From a virus (Duplodnaviria; Heunggongvirae; Uroviricota; Caudoviricetes), in the IMG/VR virus record IMGVR_UViG_3300000976_000008, positions 175,223 through 239,222 of that record: a stretch of DNA of 64,000 nt, one strand, 5' to 3'. Shown here in pieces: positions 10,149-19,111 of this stretch (within the stretch, counting starts at the first letter, position 1; each line of letters starts with the position of its first letter). The translations under genes were made by a program, and so were the position numbers. The notes below the pieces were generated by a model. That model ran no database searches and had not been told where the DNA came from. It worked only from the letters and a program-made list of their open reading frames with translations.

Positions 10149-10580
10149 TCACGGCCAGTATGGTTCAGGAGCCCGATGGGTTTGCTTCGATCGTTTCCTC
10201 ATTGCGGCGATCTTGGATTGTCGAGCAGCTTCGGAGCGTTCGATTTCGTCTCGGAGGACTTCTCGGAGTTTGCCACAGTGTTCCTGGAGTTGGTGGACTT
10301 GCATGGTTGTGGTCAGTCGAGCGTTGTTTAGCAAGATCTGGTGGACGTGGGTCATGAGACCGACTTGGTAGGTGATCTTGTGTTTATTGGTGTGGTTCGC
10401 GATATCGGAGAGGATGACGACGCAGGCCTGGCGGAGAACTGGTGAGAGTCCGAAGTTGACGACGTGATCGCCTTCGTCGACGAATTGGACGTTTTCGCGG
10501 ATGAGATCCTCGTGGATTTCATCGACTAGCTTGCCGAGTGCTGTGGCGAATTCCGACAAGTGGTTGAATCGAAGGTGCAT
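10149..10580 (-). CDS. Cassette hypothetical protein
   Basis: Start trimmed to MHLRF after CAGGA RBS. Confidence 0.8.
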   Translation of the reverse strand: MHLRFNHLSEFATALGKLVDEIHEDLIRENVQFVDEGDHVVNFGLSPVLRQACVVILSDIANHTNKHKITYQVGLMTHVHQILLNNARLTTTMQVHQLQEHCGKLREVLRDEIERSEAARQSKIAAMRKRSKQTHRAPEPYWP

Positions 10581-10661
10581 TGTTCGTTCCTGAAAAGTTG
10601 GGGGAATCGTCTGCCCTTTTGTTGCGAGCAGACGATCCCCGTAAACTCCACGATTCCCCAA

Positions 10662-10886
10662 TCAGGAGTTTGGATCGAGTCCGAACTGCTTGTTCACTGG
10701 GAACATGGTCCGGATTGCTTCAGCGAGTTCGAGAGCCTGTTCGCAGGAGATCGAGCCTGTGGGATTTGGAAGGCTGATCTGCAGGCGTTCACGGAATGAG
10801 GATTTGGGATCGACTGGTCCGGCATATCGGGTGAAGAGGATTCGACCGTCAATGGCGTCTTCGAATCTGGCGACTTCTGAACTCAT
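10662..10886 (-). CDS. Cassette hypothetical protein
   Basis: CAGGA RBS. Confidence 0.8.
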   Translation of the reverse strand: MSSEVARFEDAIDGRILFTRYAGPVDPKSSFRERLQISLPNPTGSISCEQALELAEAIRTMFPVNKQFGLDPNS

Positions 10887-10890
10887 GGCT

Positions 10891-11445
10891 TCATTCCTGA
10901 AGGAATTGGGGGAATCGTCTGCCCTTCTGTTGCGAAGAGCAGACTCCCGTTAACTCTCCGTCGTTCCACCAAGCGGCACCGTCATCACTGTACGCGTAGA
11001 CAACGATGTAGATTCGGTGTTCGTCTGGACCGTCGCCAGTGTTCAGGTCACGCACCCCAAGTTCTTCGGTGTCGAGGTTTTCTTCGTCGTTGGTGAGTGA
11101 GACCTCACCAGGCGTTCCAGTGTTTGGGTAAGCACCGGCTGCGTTCAACTTGTCTGCAAGAGTCATCTCTGTTTCTCCGAGGATGGTGGGAATCGTCTGC
11201 CCTTCTGTTGCGAAGAGCAGACTCCCGTTAACTCTCACGCGGAAGACCATCGCCATGTTCGCGTGCACAGTGCCTACCGAGACGGTCGTTTCTCCATCTC
11301 GGAATTTCGCTTCCAACTCGGTCGCTTCTCCATCCGAATCGGAGGTCTCGAAGACGAACGTCCCGCCTTGGAGGGAAGATCGGACTTCTGCCGTGAGGGC
11401 TTCTTGGATTGTCGTCTGGTCTGCCTGGGTGCCTGTGAAAGCCAT
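10891..11445 (-). CDS. Two cassette ORFs fused in frame through repeats (second start at 11166)
   Basis: Frame crosses repeats at 11206 and 10928. Confidence 0.7.
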   Translation of the reverse strand: MAFTGTQADQTTIQEALTAEVRSSLQGGTFVFETSDSDGEATELEAKFRDGETTVSVGTVHANMAMVFRVRVNGSLLFATEGQTIPTILGETEMTLADKLNAAGAYPNTGTPGEVSLTNDEENLDTEELGVRDLNTGDGPDEHRIYIVVYAYSDDGAAWWNDGELTGVCSSQQKGRRFPQFLQE

Positions 11446-11517
11446 GGTTCTGTTCCTGAAAGAATGGGGGAATCGTCTGCCCCTCTGTTGCGAGCAGACG
11501 ATTCCCGTTAATTCCGA

Positions 11518-11685
11518 CTAAATCGCGAAAACTTCGATTTCCGATGCCAGATGCGGGAGAACTTCTCCCTCAATCCAAGCCGCGTTAGAGTAATCGCCGA
11601 CGTCCATGCAGCCGTCAAGCTTCTCTGTCCACTCGTCCCAAAGAAGAAGGAGGTTAGTCGCTGAGAGAACTCGTGTCTCTGGCAT
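11518..11685 (-). CDS. Cassette hypothetical protein
   Basis: Trimmed start MPETR. Confidence 0.75.
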   Translation of the reverse strand: MPETRVLSATNLLLLWDEWTEKLDGCMDVGDYSNAAWIEGEVLPHLASEIEVFAI

Positions 11686-11752
11686 TTCGCTGTTCCTGAA
11701 GAGGTTGGGGAATCGTCTGCCCCTCTGTTGCGAGGGGCAGACTCCCGTTAAT

Positions 11753-12013
11753 TCACTCGATCCCATCCCAGGCTTTGGGCGTGCAGGTCGTGAGGATTGT
11801 CGCGTCGTTTCCTTCCAGGTCTTTCAGTCGGATCTCCCAGGAGTCTTCAGTGTAGGGGTCGTGAGCTGGCTCGGTTGCTTTTTTGTGCCATTCTTCGTTG
11901 GCCAGGATCCAGTTGGCAGCTTTCTGGAGAGCGAGTTGCGGGGTTTCGGCCTCCACAATCGTCAGGACTGTTGAATCAGTCGTCAGGCGGAGACTTGCGA
12001 TGATGTGTTGCAT
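11753..12013 (-). CDS. Cassette hypothetical protein
   Basis: GAGGA RBS. Confidence 0.8.
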   Translation of the reverse strand: MQHIIASLRLTTDSTVLTIVEAETPQLALQKAANWILANEEWHKKATEPAHDPYTEDSWEIRLKDLEGNDATILTTCTPKAWDGIE

Positions 12014-12084
12014 TTTTGGTCCTCAAGAGGTTGGGGAATCGTCTACCCTTCTGTTGCGGGCAGACGAACCCCGTTAATTCTCGA

Positions 12085-12342
12085 CTAGCTCACCAGGACG
12101 CGATTGCCGGATGCCGCCAGCATGAAGTTCCAGATGTACATCTGGAGTTTGGCGAGATTCCCGGCATGTCGAGCGAGTTCCTGGTCGAACTTGGCTCGAT
12201 TTGCTCTGGAGAATGCGGTGTCCTCGACGATCTCTTCGACTCGTTCGACGAGGGTCTGCGGGCATGTGATGGCCTGGAGTTCTGCCGAAGCTTCGTTGAG
12301 GGCTGAAGCTGGGTTTCCGGCGACTGCTGTGAGGTCTTGCAT
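12085..12342 (-). CDS. Cassette hypothetical protein
   Basis: Trimmed start MQDLT. Confidence 0.8.
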   Translation of the reverse strand: MQDLTAVAGNPASALNEASAELQAITCPQTLVERVEEIVEDTAFSRANRAKFDQELARHAGNLAKLQMYIWNFMLAASGNRVLVS

Positions 12343-12404
12343 CGTGCTGTTCCTGAAAGAGGGGGAAAATCGTCTGCTCTTCTGTTGCGAAGAGCAGATC
12401 TTCG

Positions 12405-12641
12405 TTAATCTCCGACCGACCACCAACCGCCACCCCGAAGCTCAAGATCCTCGTCGGAAATCTCGAAAGTAAGTGGACCATCCCAAGCAGTGAGGACTGC
12501 TTGTAGAAGGTTCGGATCGCCAGAGACGTCTGTCAACGAGCCATTAGCTCCGAAAGTCGCACTGTGCGTTTGGTCATCTCTTATGACCTCAACCCGATTT
12601 GTCGAATCTGCCACAGAAATCGTGACCGAACTAATCGCCAT
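12405..12641 (-). CDS. Cassette protein, paralog of N-terminus of 63241-63726
   Basis: Shared THSA...AVL.AW.GP..FEISDE.LE..GGGWWS; stop in GTTAA box. Confidence 0.85.
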   Translation of the reverse strand: MAISSVTISVADSTNRVEVIRDDQTHSATFGANGSLTDVSGDPNLLQAVLTAWDGPLTFEISDEDLELRGGGWWSVGD

Positions 12642-12709
12642 AGCTTCGTTCCTGAAAAGAAATGAGGAATCGTCTGCCCCTCTGTTACGAGCAGACGACC
12701 CCAGTAAAA

Positions 12710-12910
12710 TCAGGAGCCTTTGACCGGCTTGTCCATCACGCACCCGTCTGCGTCGTAGTAGCGGGTTCGTGAGAACCGGCCACCGCCTGCTCGATCACTG
12801 TGCGGGCTTTCGAGCTTGGCTTCGATGCACCGGACTCCGTGGATTGTGCGGATTCTTGCCGACTTGACTTCGCTGTCGGCTTTGAGGCGACGTAGGACTT
12901 CTTCGAGCAT
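12710..12910 (-). CDS. Cassette hypothetical protein
   Basis: Trimmed start MLEEV. Confidence 0.75.
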   Translation of the reverse strand: MLEEVLRRLKADSEVKSARIRTIHGVRCIEAKLESPHSDRAGGGRFSRTRYYDADGCVMDKPVKGS

Positions 12911-13007
12911 GGCTTCATTCCTGAAAGAGGGGATTTGTCTGCCCTTCTGTTGCGAAGGGCAGATCTTCGTTAACTCGTCTAGAACTCTTCGGACGAGGCG
13001 ATGAGTT

Positions 13008-13250
13008 CTAGTTTGAACGCGGTGATTCCGATCCCGCGAGTTGGTGCAATCTCTGAGAGCAGTAGAGTGCAGTATCCCGGTAATGGCCAGCTTTGGGATT
13101 TTCCGGCATGGCTTCGATTGCTGCCTTGCAATCGTCTCGGACGAATCGGAGCGACGATTCCGACATCCCCTTGACATGCTTCATGAGTGACTTGTGACAT
13201 GTGAGTCCTGTTTCTCGGCACCATCCTGTGTGATCGAAGTTGGTCGCCAT
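13008..13250 (-). CDS. Cassette hypothetical protein
   Basis: CAGGA RBS. Confidence 0.8.
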   Translation of the reverse strand: MATNFDHTGWCRETGLTCHKSLMKHVKGMSESSLRFVRDDCKAAIEAMPENPKAGHYRDTALYCSQRLHQLAGSESPRSN

Positions 13251-13319
13251 GTTTCTGTTCCTGAAGGAATGGGGGAATCGTCTGCCCCTCTGTTGCGAAG
13301 AGCAGACGTCCGTTAATTC

Positions 13320-13607
13320 CTACTCAACCTCCTCCAAGACCGGAATCGCCAAGAAGATATCGCCGACCATCTGACACTCTTCACTCTTTGCGTATTCCTT
13401 GTTCAGTGTCTCACCTTCGCCTGGGTGATTCACAACCACTAGGTAGGCGAACTTCTGACCAGGTACTGGCGTGTACTCTGTGATGCTGATCTTCCAGTGA
13501 TCGTGCACTGTCGTGTTGATTGTGTGGCAACCCACATTGCCATCGACTCGGAAGTAGTGGTCGAATCCGGTTGAAAGAGCCTCTGCAATGCCGTGCATCA
13601 TGATCAT
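13320..13607 (-). CDS. Cassette hypothetical protein
   Basis: CAGGA RBS. Confidence 0.8.
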   Translation of the reverse strand: MIMMHGIAEALSTGFDHYFRVDGNVGCHTINTTVHDHWKISITEYTPVPGQKFAYLVVVNHPGEGETLNKEYAKSEECQMVGDIFLAIPVLEEVE

Positions 13608-13671
13608 CGTTCCTGAAGGAATGGGGGAATCGTCTGCCCTTCTGTTGCGAAGAGCAGACGTCCGTTAATTC

Positions 13672-13926
13672 CTAGCGATCCCTCAACCATTGAAGCAAGC
13701 TCATCATCGCGAACAAATCGCTGAAGTTCTTCGCTGAAGGGATCGAGGCGAATGCCCGAGAATGGTACTCGAAGAGAATCTTTGTCCGTTCGAGATCGCC
13801 ATCAACCCGGTGCGAAAGCTCTTCGAGAATCGATTCGGCGATTTCGCCATCGCTCTCATCATCACACAAAGTTTGAAGAGTAGTTCCGAGGTTTGTGAGA
13901 CTGGACGTCTGATGTTGTCGCTGCAT
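13672..13926 (-). CDS. Cassette hypothetical protein
   Basis: CAGGA RBS. Confidence 0.8.
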   Translation of the reverse strand: MQRQHQTSSLTNLGTTLQTLCDDESDGEIAESILEELSHRVDGDLERTKILFEYHSRAFASIPSAKNFSDLFAMMSLLQWLRDR

Positions 13927-13998
13927 TTCGCTGTTCCTGAAGGAGTTGGGGGAATCGTCTGCCCCTCTGTTGCGAAGAGCAGACGCCCGTTAACTCGA

Positions 13999-14433
13999 CT
14001 AGCAGGGAGTGAAGCCTGGTGAATGGGTCTCGTCACCCGAAACAGGCTCGTCTTCTGGACGACCGTCCTCACCGATGCGGAACACCTTGCTTCGATAGAC
14101 TCCGAGCGGCGTTTCCAACTCGATGTCCTGAAGAGTAACCGACAGATTCGGGTCGAGGAATACGGTACTCTGCTTGTCGGCAGAACCGGGATCGTCGTTC
14201 TCAAAAAAGCATAGGAACGATAGAATCAGTTCGTCCTCTTCTTCTCCGTACCAACAGATCTTGAAGACCTGAGGCGTCACGAGCCGGAAGCGGTTGCCAG
14301 CTTCGTTGATCTCAACGATCTCTTGCTGTTCGAGATCGCGGGCATCTGGGGTTGCGTCTTCTCCCAGAATACCCCAATGGCCCCATCCAAGACGTCGGAG
14401 GTATCGGACAAGGCGTTCTTGATTCGGGTTCAT
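13999..14433 (-). CDS. Cassette hypothetical protein
   Basis: AGGA RBS. Confidence 0.8.
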   Translation of the reverse strand: MNPNQERLVRYLRRLGWGHWGILGEDATPDARDLEQQEIVEINEAGNRFRLVTPQVFKICWYGEEEDELILSFLCFFENDDPGSADKQSTVFLDPNLSVTLQDIELETPLGVYRSKVFRIGEDGRPEDEPVSGDETHSPGFTPC

Positions 14434-14500
14434 GGTAGGTTCCTAAAAATGAGTGAGGGGATCGTCTACCCACGTGTTGCGAGCAGAGATCCCCCGTTAA

Positions 14501-14835
14501 ACAAGGCGGTTGAGTTCACGACTGGTGCCGTATTTCTTTCGTCTTCCGAGAGCTTTTTCCGGACGAAGAATCTTTTCCGCAGTCCCTGAGGATCTGGGTG
14601 GGATGGCCGATAGCGAATCGCTTCCAGTCCCCAATTCTTCGTTCTGGTGGCAGTTCCGTCTCCGATAGAGTGACCGTTAGCTGCGTGAAAGTCTAGGCTC
14701 TTGTTTCCTCAATCAGGCCAGGTCAAGCCTAGCGGTGGTAGTAACTCATCGTTTGTCTCCCTGCTAGAATGTGAACGGCGGAGCAAAAATCGTGAATCGC
14801 GGACGTCTAAAAAAGGAACAGCGTTAGCTCTTCAT
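14501..14835 (-). pseudogene. Cassette without an intact ORF
   Basis: ATG after RBS stops after 3 codons (MKS*); bounded by repeats. Confidence 0.4.
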
Positions 14836-14932
14836 CGTGATCTCCCTGAAACTTGGAATTGTCTTCTCTTGACTGTTGCGAGGACGGGATGGCGGTTAAT
14901 TCCGCCACCCCAAATCCCCAGGGTGTTGAGTC

Positions 14933-15154
14933 CTAGCTGTCGCTGTCGACTTCTTCGGCAGGAGCGTTGGCGGCGGCGATCAAGTTGCCAGCTTCCTTCT
15001 CATCCACCTTCGCACCAGCGGCGACGATCTTGGCTCCCAATGAACGGATTTCCATCCCGACGAGAGTTCGTGCCTCATTTTCGGTGCAATTGGTCTGAGC
15101 CATGATTGCTTTGACGAGAGACTGAGTGAGGGCGGCGAGTTGCTTCTTGTTCAT
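14933..15154 (-). CDS. Cassette protein, MNKKQL family copy 2
   Basis: Paralogy. Confidence 0.9.
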   Translation of the reverse strand: MNKKQLAALTQSLVKAIMAQTNCTENEARTLVGMEIRSLGAKIVAAGAKVDEKEAGNLIAAANAPAEEVDSDS

Positions 15155-15272
15155 CGTGTCATGTTCCTGAAAGTGGGTTGAGTTGTGTGTGCGATTTCCG
15201 GCTTGGAAATCGGGAGGGGAATCGTCTCCCCTCCCTTCTGTGTTGCGAGCCAGCATGGCCCGTTAATTCCGA

Positions 15273-15488
15273 CTAGTTGGCGTCAGCTTCGGCAGGAGCG
15301 TTGGCAGTGGCGATCAGCTTGGTGGCTTCGTCTTCGGTCACCTTCGCACCAGCGGCGACGATCTTGGCACCAAATGAACGGATTTCCATACCAACCAGAG
15401 TCCGAGCTTCGTTCTCGGTGCAGTTGGTCTGAGCCATGATTGCTTTGACGAGAGACTGAGTCAGAGCAGCGAGTTGTTTCTTGTTCAT
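15273..15488 (-). CDS. Cassette protein, MNKKQL family copy 3
   Basis: Paralogy. Confidence 0.9.
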   Translation of the reverse strand: MNKKQLAALTQSLVKAIMAQTNCTENEARTLVGMEIRSFGAKIVAAGAKVTEDEATKLIATANAPAEADAN

Positions 15489-15580
15489 CGTGTCACGTGT
15501 TCCTGAAAAGGGGGTTTGATTTTGGGACCGAATTGTCCCGTCTTCTCTTTAGTGTTGCGAGCCGAAATGGCCCGTTAACT

Positions 15581-15841
15581 TCAAGCAGCGGCCACCAACC
15601 GAAAACCGATCGGAGCAGCCAGGTTGATCGCACTGAGCGACCGTGCAGTTTTAGGGCAGCAAACAACCTCTGTGTCGCTAACCCCAAAAATCGCCGAATA
15701 AACGGAAAAATCCCCGCAATCCGCACGAACAGCATTCCTCAAGTAAACCGTAGCCTCTTTGACGCACTCGCAGCGTTCCGTATTCGTGAACGTCTTGGAG
15801 TGAAAACGACCGTAAGCAATGAAGCTGATTTCGAGGACCAT
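15581..15841 (-). CDS. Cassette hypothetical protein
   Basis: Fills inter-repeat interval. Confidence 0.7.
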   Translation of the reverse strand: MVLEISFIAYGRFHSKTFTNTERCECVKEATVYLRNAVRADCGDFSVYSAIFGVSDTEVVCCPKTARSLSAINLAAPIGFRLVAAA

Positions 15842-15910
15842 TGTCTCAATCCTGAGTTGGGGGGAAGCGTCTGCCCTTCTGTTGCGAAGAGCAGACCCCC
15901 GTTAACTCGA

Positions 15911-16279
15911 CTAATCCCAGGAAACGACCAACTCACGCCAGCGAGTTCGAGCCAACACGTCCGGATCGTTCATCGTGTCTTTGGGAACGACTCGATACGT
16001 GACTCCCTCACGAGAGAGCCATTCGAGAATCTCGCCATGAACCGAAATCGGCTTCGCAGCATCCTCTTCGTCGATCTTCCCAAGCGAGACAGATCGGGCA
16101 CCCTCTGAAGATGCCGCAACGGCCATCAGGTTAAGGACACGTTCCTGTTCCCGCTCAAAAGCCGGTTGAATCAGAAGAGTCTGCTTCTCGATATCCGCTT
16201 CCTGTGCGGCTTCGATCCGGTCACGAGCAGTCTTTGACAGCACTCGAAGTCGATCGGCAAGAAGGTCTTTGTCAGCCAT
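15911..16279 (-). CDS. Cassette hypothetical protein
   Basis: CAGGA RBS. Confidence 0.8.
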   Translation of the reverse strand: MADKDLLADRLRVLSKTARDRIEAAQEADIEKQTLLIQPAFEREQERVLNLMAVAASSEGARSVSLGKIDEEDAAKPISVHGEILEWLSREGVTYRVVPKDTMNDPDVLARTRWRELVVSWD

Positions 16280-16350
16280 GTCTCTGTTCCTGAAAAAGGG
16301 GAAGAAGCGTCTGCCCTTCTGTTGCGAGCTGCAGACGCCCGTTAACTCGA

Positions 16351-16581
16351 CTAATCAGCATCCACGTTCAGCAACCGAACAGAATCAAGAGTCTGGATCT
16401 CCATCTCCCTGAAAAAGAGATTGGAAGCGTCGCAATCGTCTTCTGAAGTCGGACCTTGACCATCGCAATCGTTATCGACACGCATCTGTTGCCGAATCTC
16501 CGGGCTAATCTCGCCTTCGATCACTGCGGCGAACGTGTCAGCAGACTTGCCATCGTATTTGGTGATTAGGGTAACCAGCAT
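16351..16581 (-). CDS. Cassette hypothetical protein
   Basis: AAGGAG RBS. Confidence 0.8.
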   Translation of the reverse strand: MLVTLITKYDGKSADTFAAVIEGEISPEIRQQMRVDNDCDGQGPTSEDDCDASNLFFREMEIQTLDSVRLLNVDAD

Positions 16582-16638
16582 TCTCTGTCTCCTTAGAAGG
16601 GAATCGTCTGCCCTTCTGTTGCGAGCTACAGACGCCCG

Positions 16639-16791
16639 TTAATCCTCGATCTTCGACATGAGGAACTCGCGAACCTCATCCTCATCGAAGCCCTTCGGCA
16701 TCGCCGTAGCGATGTAGGTCTCGACCTGGTGCGAATCCTCTGGTGGGAATCCACCCGTCCACCGTTTGAAATCACGCAAAATCGAGTCCAT
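16639..16791 (-). CDS. 50-aa cassette protein (below ORF-track cutoff)
   Basis: MDSILRDFKRWTGG...; TAATG coupling; stop in GTTAA box. Confidence 0.7.
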   Translation of the reverse strand: MDSILRDFKRWTGGFPPEDSHQVETYIATAMPKGFDEDEVREFLMSKIED

Positions 16792-17066
16792 TAGCTCACT
16801 TTCTTATCTCGAAACTCGACAAACTCGACGAACTCCTGCAGATCCCTCTCAAGATCCATCAGATCGCCATCAGTGTACGCTGTATCATCATCGATAAGCA
16901 GTAAATCGATCTCAGACTCGTTCGAGATCCTAGCTCGCTCACCAATCCTACGGACAATCCCCGCCAACTCCTCTGGCGTGCCATCCAGCTTCTCAATCTC
17001 CGAATCTGGGAAATCCCAGTAAATCGTGTCGTTCGATTCGATGCTGATGATCATGGATCGCCTCAT
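16791..17066 (-). CDS. Cassette hypothetical protein (acidic)
   Basis: ORF; start may be 17054. Confidence 0.75.
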   Translation of the reverse strand: MRRSMIISIESNDTIYWDFPDSEIEKLDGTPEELAGIVRRIGERARISNESEIDLLLIDDDTAYTDGDLMDLERDLQEFVEFVEFRDKKVS

Positions 17067-17118
17067 TGGGGGAATCGTCTGCCCCTCTGTTGCGAAGGGC
17101 AGACACCCGTTAACCCGA

Positions 17119-17316
17119 CTACTCTGTCAGGAACCTGTACGTCGTCTCAGTGATCGGCTCCGAACGCCAATCACAACCAATAATGATCCCGCGTTCACGG
17201 CACTCGGCCATCACGATCTCTTCCTCGCTCCAAGTATCCGGAACAATCACCGGCATCCTCACAACGCCATTTCGCATCATCGCGGTAATCACAACGTGTC
17301 GGTCTCGTTCTCGCAT
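17119..17316 (-). CDS. Cassette hypothetical protein
   Basis: AGGAG RBS, MRERD. Confidence 0.75.
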   Translation of the reverse strand: MRERDRHVVITAMMRNGVVRMPVIVPDTWSEEEIVMAECRERGIIIGCDWRSEPITETTYRFLTE

Positions 17317-17921
17317 CACTCGCTCCTGTTGGGGGAATCGTCTACCCCTCTGTTGCGAAGGACAGACGCCCACTCTTCAAAACCCTCTTCGAAGTTGTCG
17401 AAATCGAGAAAGAGTTCGTCGAGCGTCATATCGACCATAGTGACTGACTTGCAGGGTTTCCCCTCGTCGTCTCCATAGTCGACTTGTGTAGTGAACCAGT
17501 CCCACGTCACGACCTGGTCTTTGGTTTCTAGCCACTTAGCTTTGAACAACCGACAAAAGTCCACAGTAGTCACATACCACTTGTCTCGACAGTTCCAATC
17601 GTTCAAATGGATGAGTATCTTGTCCACGTTCGTCTCCTGTTGGGGGAATCGTCTACCCCTCTGTTGCGAAGGACAGACGCCCAGCCTCTCCCAGAACGAA
17701 GTCGGTCGTTTCTTCAAATCTGACCAGATCTCGGCATTCACTCGACGAGCAATCGACTCAAAGATCGGACCGAAAACCATCGCCGCGTCCCACTTCAAAG
17801 AATCCGCCTTCTCTTTAGCGATCGCCAGACGAGACTCGAACTCCTCATCGCCCAGGCGTTCCCGATCGTCCGCTTCTCGCTGTTCGGCTTCACTCTTCGA
17901 CTCAATCGTCCATTCTGCCAT
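17316..17921 (-). CDS. Two cassette ORFs fused through truncated repeats (second start GTG 17627)
   Basis: Frame crosses repeats at 17662 and 17351. Confidence 0.7.
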   Translation of the reverse strand: MAEWTIESKSEAEQREADDRERLGDEEFESRLAIAKEKADSLKWDAAMVFGPIFESIARRVNAEIWSDLKKRPTSFWERLGVCPSQQRGRRFPQQETNVDKILIHLNDWNCRDKWYVTTVDFCRLFKAKWLETKDQVVTWDWFTTQVDYGDDEGKPCKSVTMVDMTLDELFLDFDNFEEGFEEWASVLRNRGVDDSPNRSE

Positions 17922-17997
17922 CGTTTCGTCTCCTGCGGGTTGGGGAATCGTCTGCCCCTCTGTTGCGAGCAAACCTCCAACGTTAACCCAACACCAC

Positions 17998-18046
17998 AGA
18001 CTTCTCAAGACTTCTCAAGACTTCTCAAGACTTCTCAAGACTTCTC
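17998..18046. repeat. 10-bp tandem repeat (AGACTTCTCA)x~5
   Basis: Direct reading; lies between divergent motif copies. Confidence 0.9.
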
Positions 18047-18050
18047 CGAA

Positions 18051-18076
18051 TTAACGGACGATTCTCAACCGCAACA
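18051..18076 (+). promoter_or_regulatory. Inverted copy of the core motif preceding a plus-strand gene
   Basis: TTAAC-N13-CCGCAACA, 38 bp upstream of ATG 18114. Confidence 0.8.
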
Positions 18077-18113
18077 GGAAAGCATCGAGATTCCCAAGAA
18101 CACGGAGAAAACG

Positions 18114-18311
18114 ATGAAAACGATCAACGTCACCCGCAAACAATACGACAACCTCGTCACCAGCGGCCAAATCCCACCAGAACCCCTCTGGCGATCCTTC
18201 CTTCGAAACTGGCACATTGGCGGAGTCCGAGTCACCGGAACCACCGACCAAATGCAAGATCTCCAAAAACGCCTAGTCAAAGGAAACCTCATCGCCAACG
18301 GCCAGAACTAA
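18114..18311 (+). CDS. Plus-strand cassette hypothetical protein
   Basis: GGAG RBS, own motif copy, downstream hairpin. Confidence 0.8.
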   Translation: MKTINVTRKQYDNLVTSGQIPPEPLWRSFLRNWHIGGVRVTGTTDQMQDLQKRLVKGNLIANGQN

Positions 18312-18315
18312 AAAG

Positions 18316-18349
18316 GGGTGGTCTCAGAAACCCCTCACCGAGACCACCC
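18316..18349. terminator. Hairpin between convergent genes
   Basis: GGGTGGTCTC / GAGACCACCC. Confidence 0.6.
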
Positions 18350-18364
18350 AAGCTAGTCGCCCAC

Positions 18365-19111
18365 CTAGCTGACCGACCAACGGTCCGCATCAGAAGCACC
18401 CTCCAAGAACTCAGGAGCATCCAACAAAACCGAACGAGTCTCAGCAGCATCAGGCCACCGCACCCCGTAATTCCTCGCACAAACCTTCCCACAACCCGCA
18501 ATCTTCGACTGCACCTGCGTCAAACGAGCCGGGCAATAACAGCACTTCCCCGAAGCTCTCCCAATCTCACTAATCACCCGAGACGGATCAACCGCCACCC
18601 GACGCAACAACGCCTCCACCTTCACATCATAATTCCGCCGACAATCCCACTCATCCCCATTGATGTAACCATAGAAGATCCCACCAAACGAAGGTGAATC
18701 CGACACGCTCAGGGATTTCTTCCGAGTCCAGCGAAGACAAACCGTCACCCCACCCGCCTCAAGCGTAATCGACGGACGCTGCAAAAACTTCGCCGCATTC
18801 GCCACATGATCAGTAATCGCCTGAAACCCCTGGCGAACACTCCCCCGATTTCCTGCTTGGAAACGATCCGGATGATCATGCTTCGCCACATAAAACGCAG
18901 CCCAAGTCTCATGGGACCTCTTCCACCCACCAAACCGCTCATAACCATCAACCAACCGCAACGCATGAGGACCAGAAACCCTCCCAGAAGAAGTCAACTC
19001 CTTCAACCGCCCAAAAAGAGCAGGCTTGTTCGGATGATTGCTGACGAAAGTCACTTTGCCCAAACGACTCGAAACAGTGAACTCATTCTTAGCCGGTGCT
19101 GCAACAGTCAT
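18365..19111 (-). CDS. Protein with C-terminal DUF6011-like zinc-binding motif
   Basis: GKCCYCPARLT...SKIAGCGKVCA. Confidence 0.7.
   Translation of the reverse strand: MTVAAPAKNEFTVSSRLGKVTFVSNHPNKPALFGRLKELTSSGRVSGPHALRLVDGYERFGGWKRSHETWAAFYVAKHDHPDRFQAGNRGSVRQGFQAITDHVANAAKFLQRPSITLEAGGVTVCLRWTRKKSLSVSDSPSFGGIFYGYINGDEWDCRRNYDVKVEALLRRVAVDPSRVISEIGRASGKCCYCPARLTQVQSKIAGCGKVCARNYGVRWPDAAETRSVLLDAPEFLEGASDADRWSVS

Noticed and set aside
8518-18008. Recurrent peptides LLATEGQTIP, SQQRGRRFP and GNRLPLCCE as a protein domain
   Set aside because: They are translations of the DNA repeat in different frames; true starts lie after the RBS, so those ORFs were trimmed.
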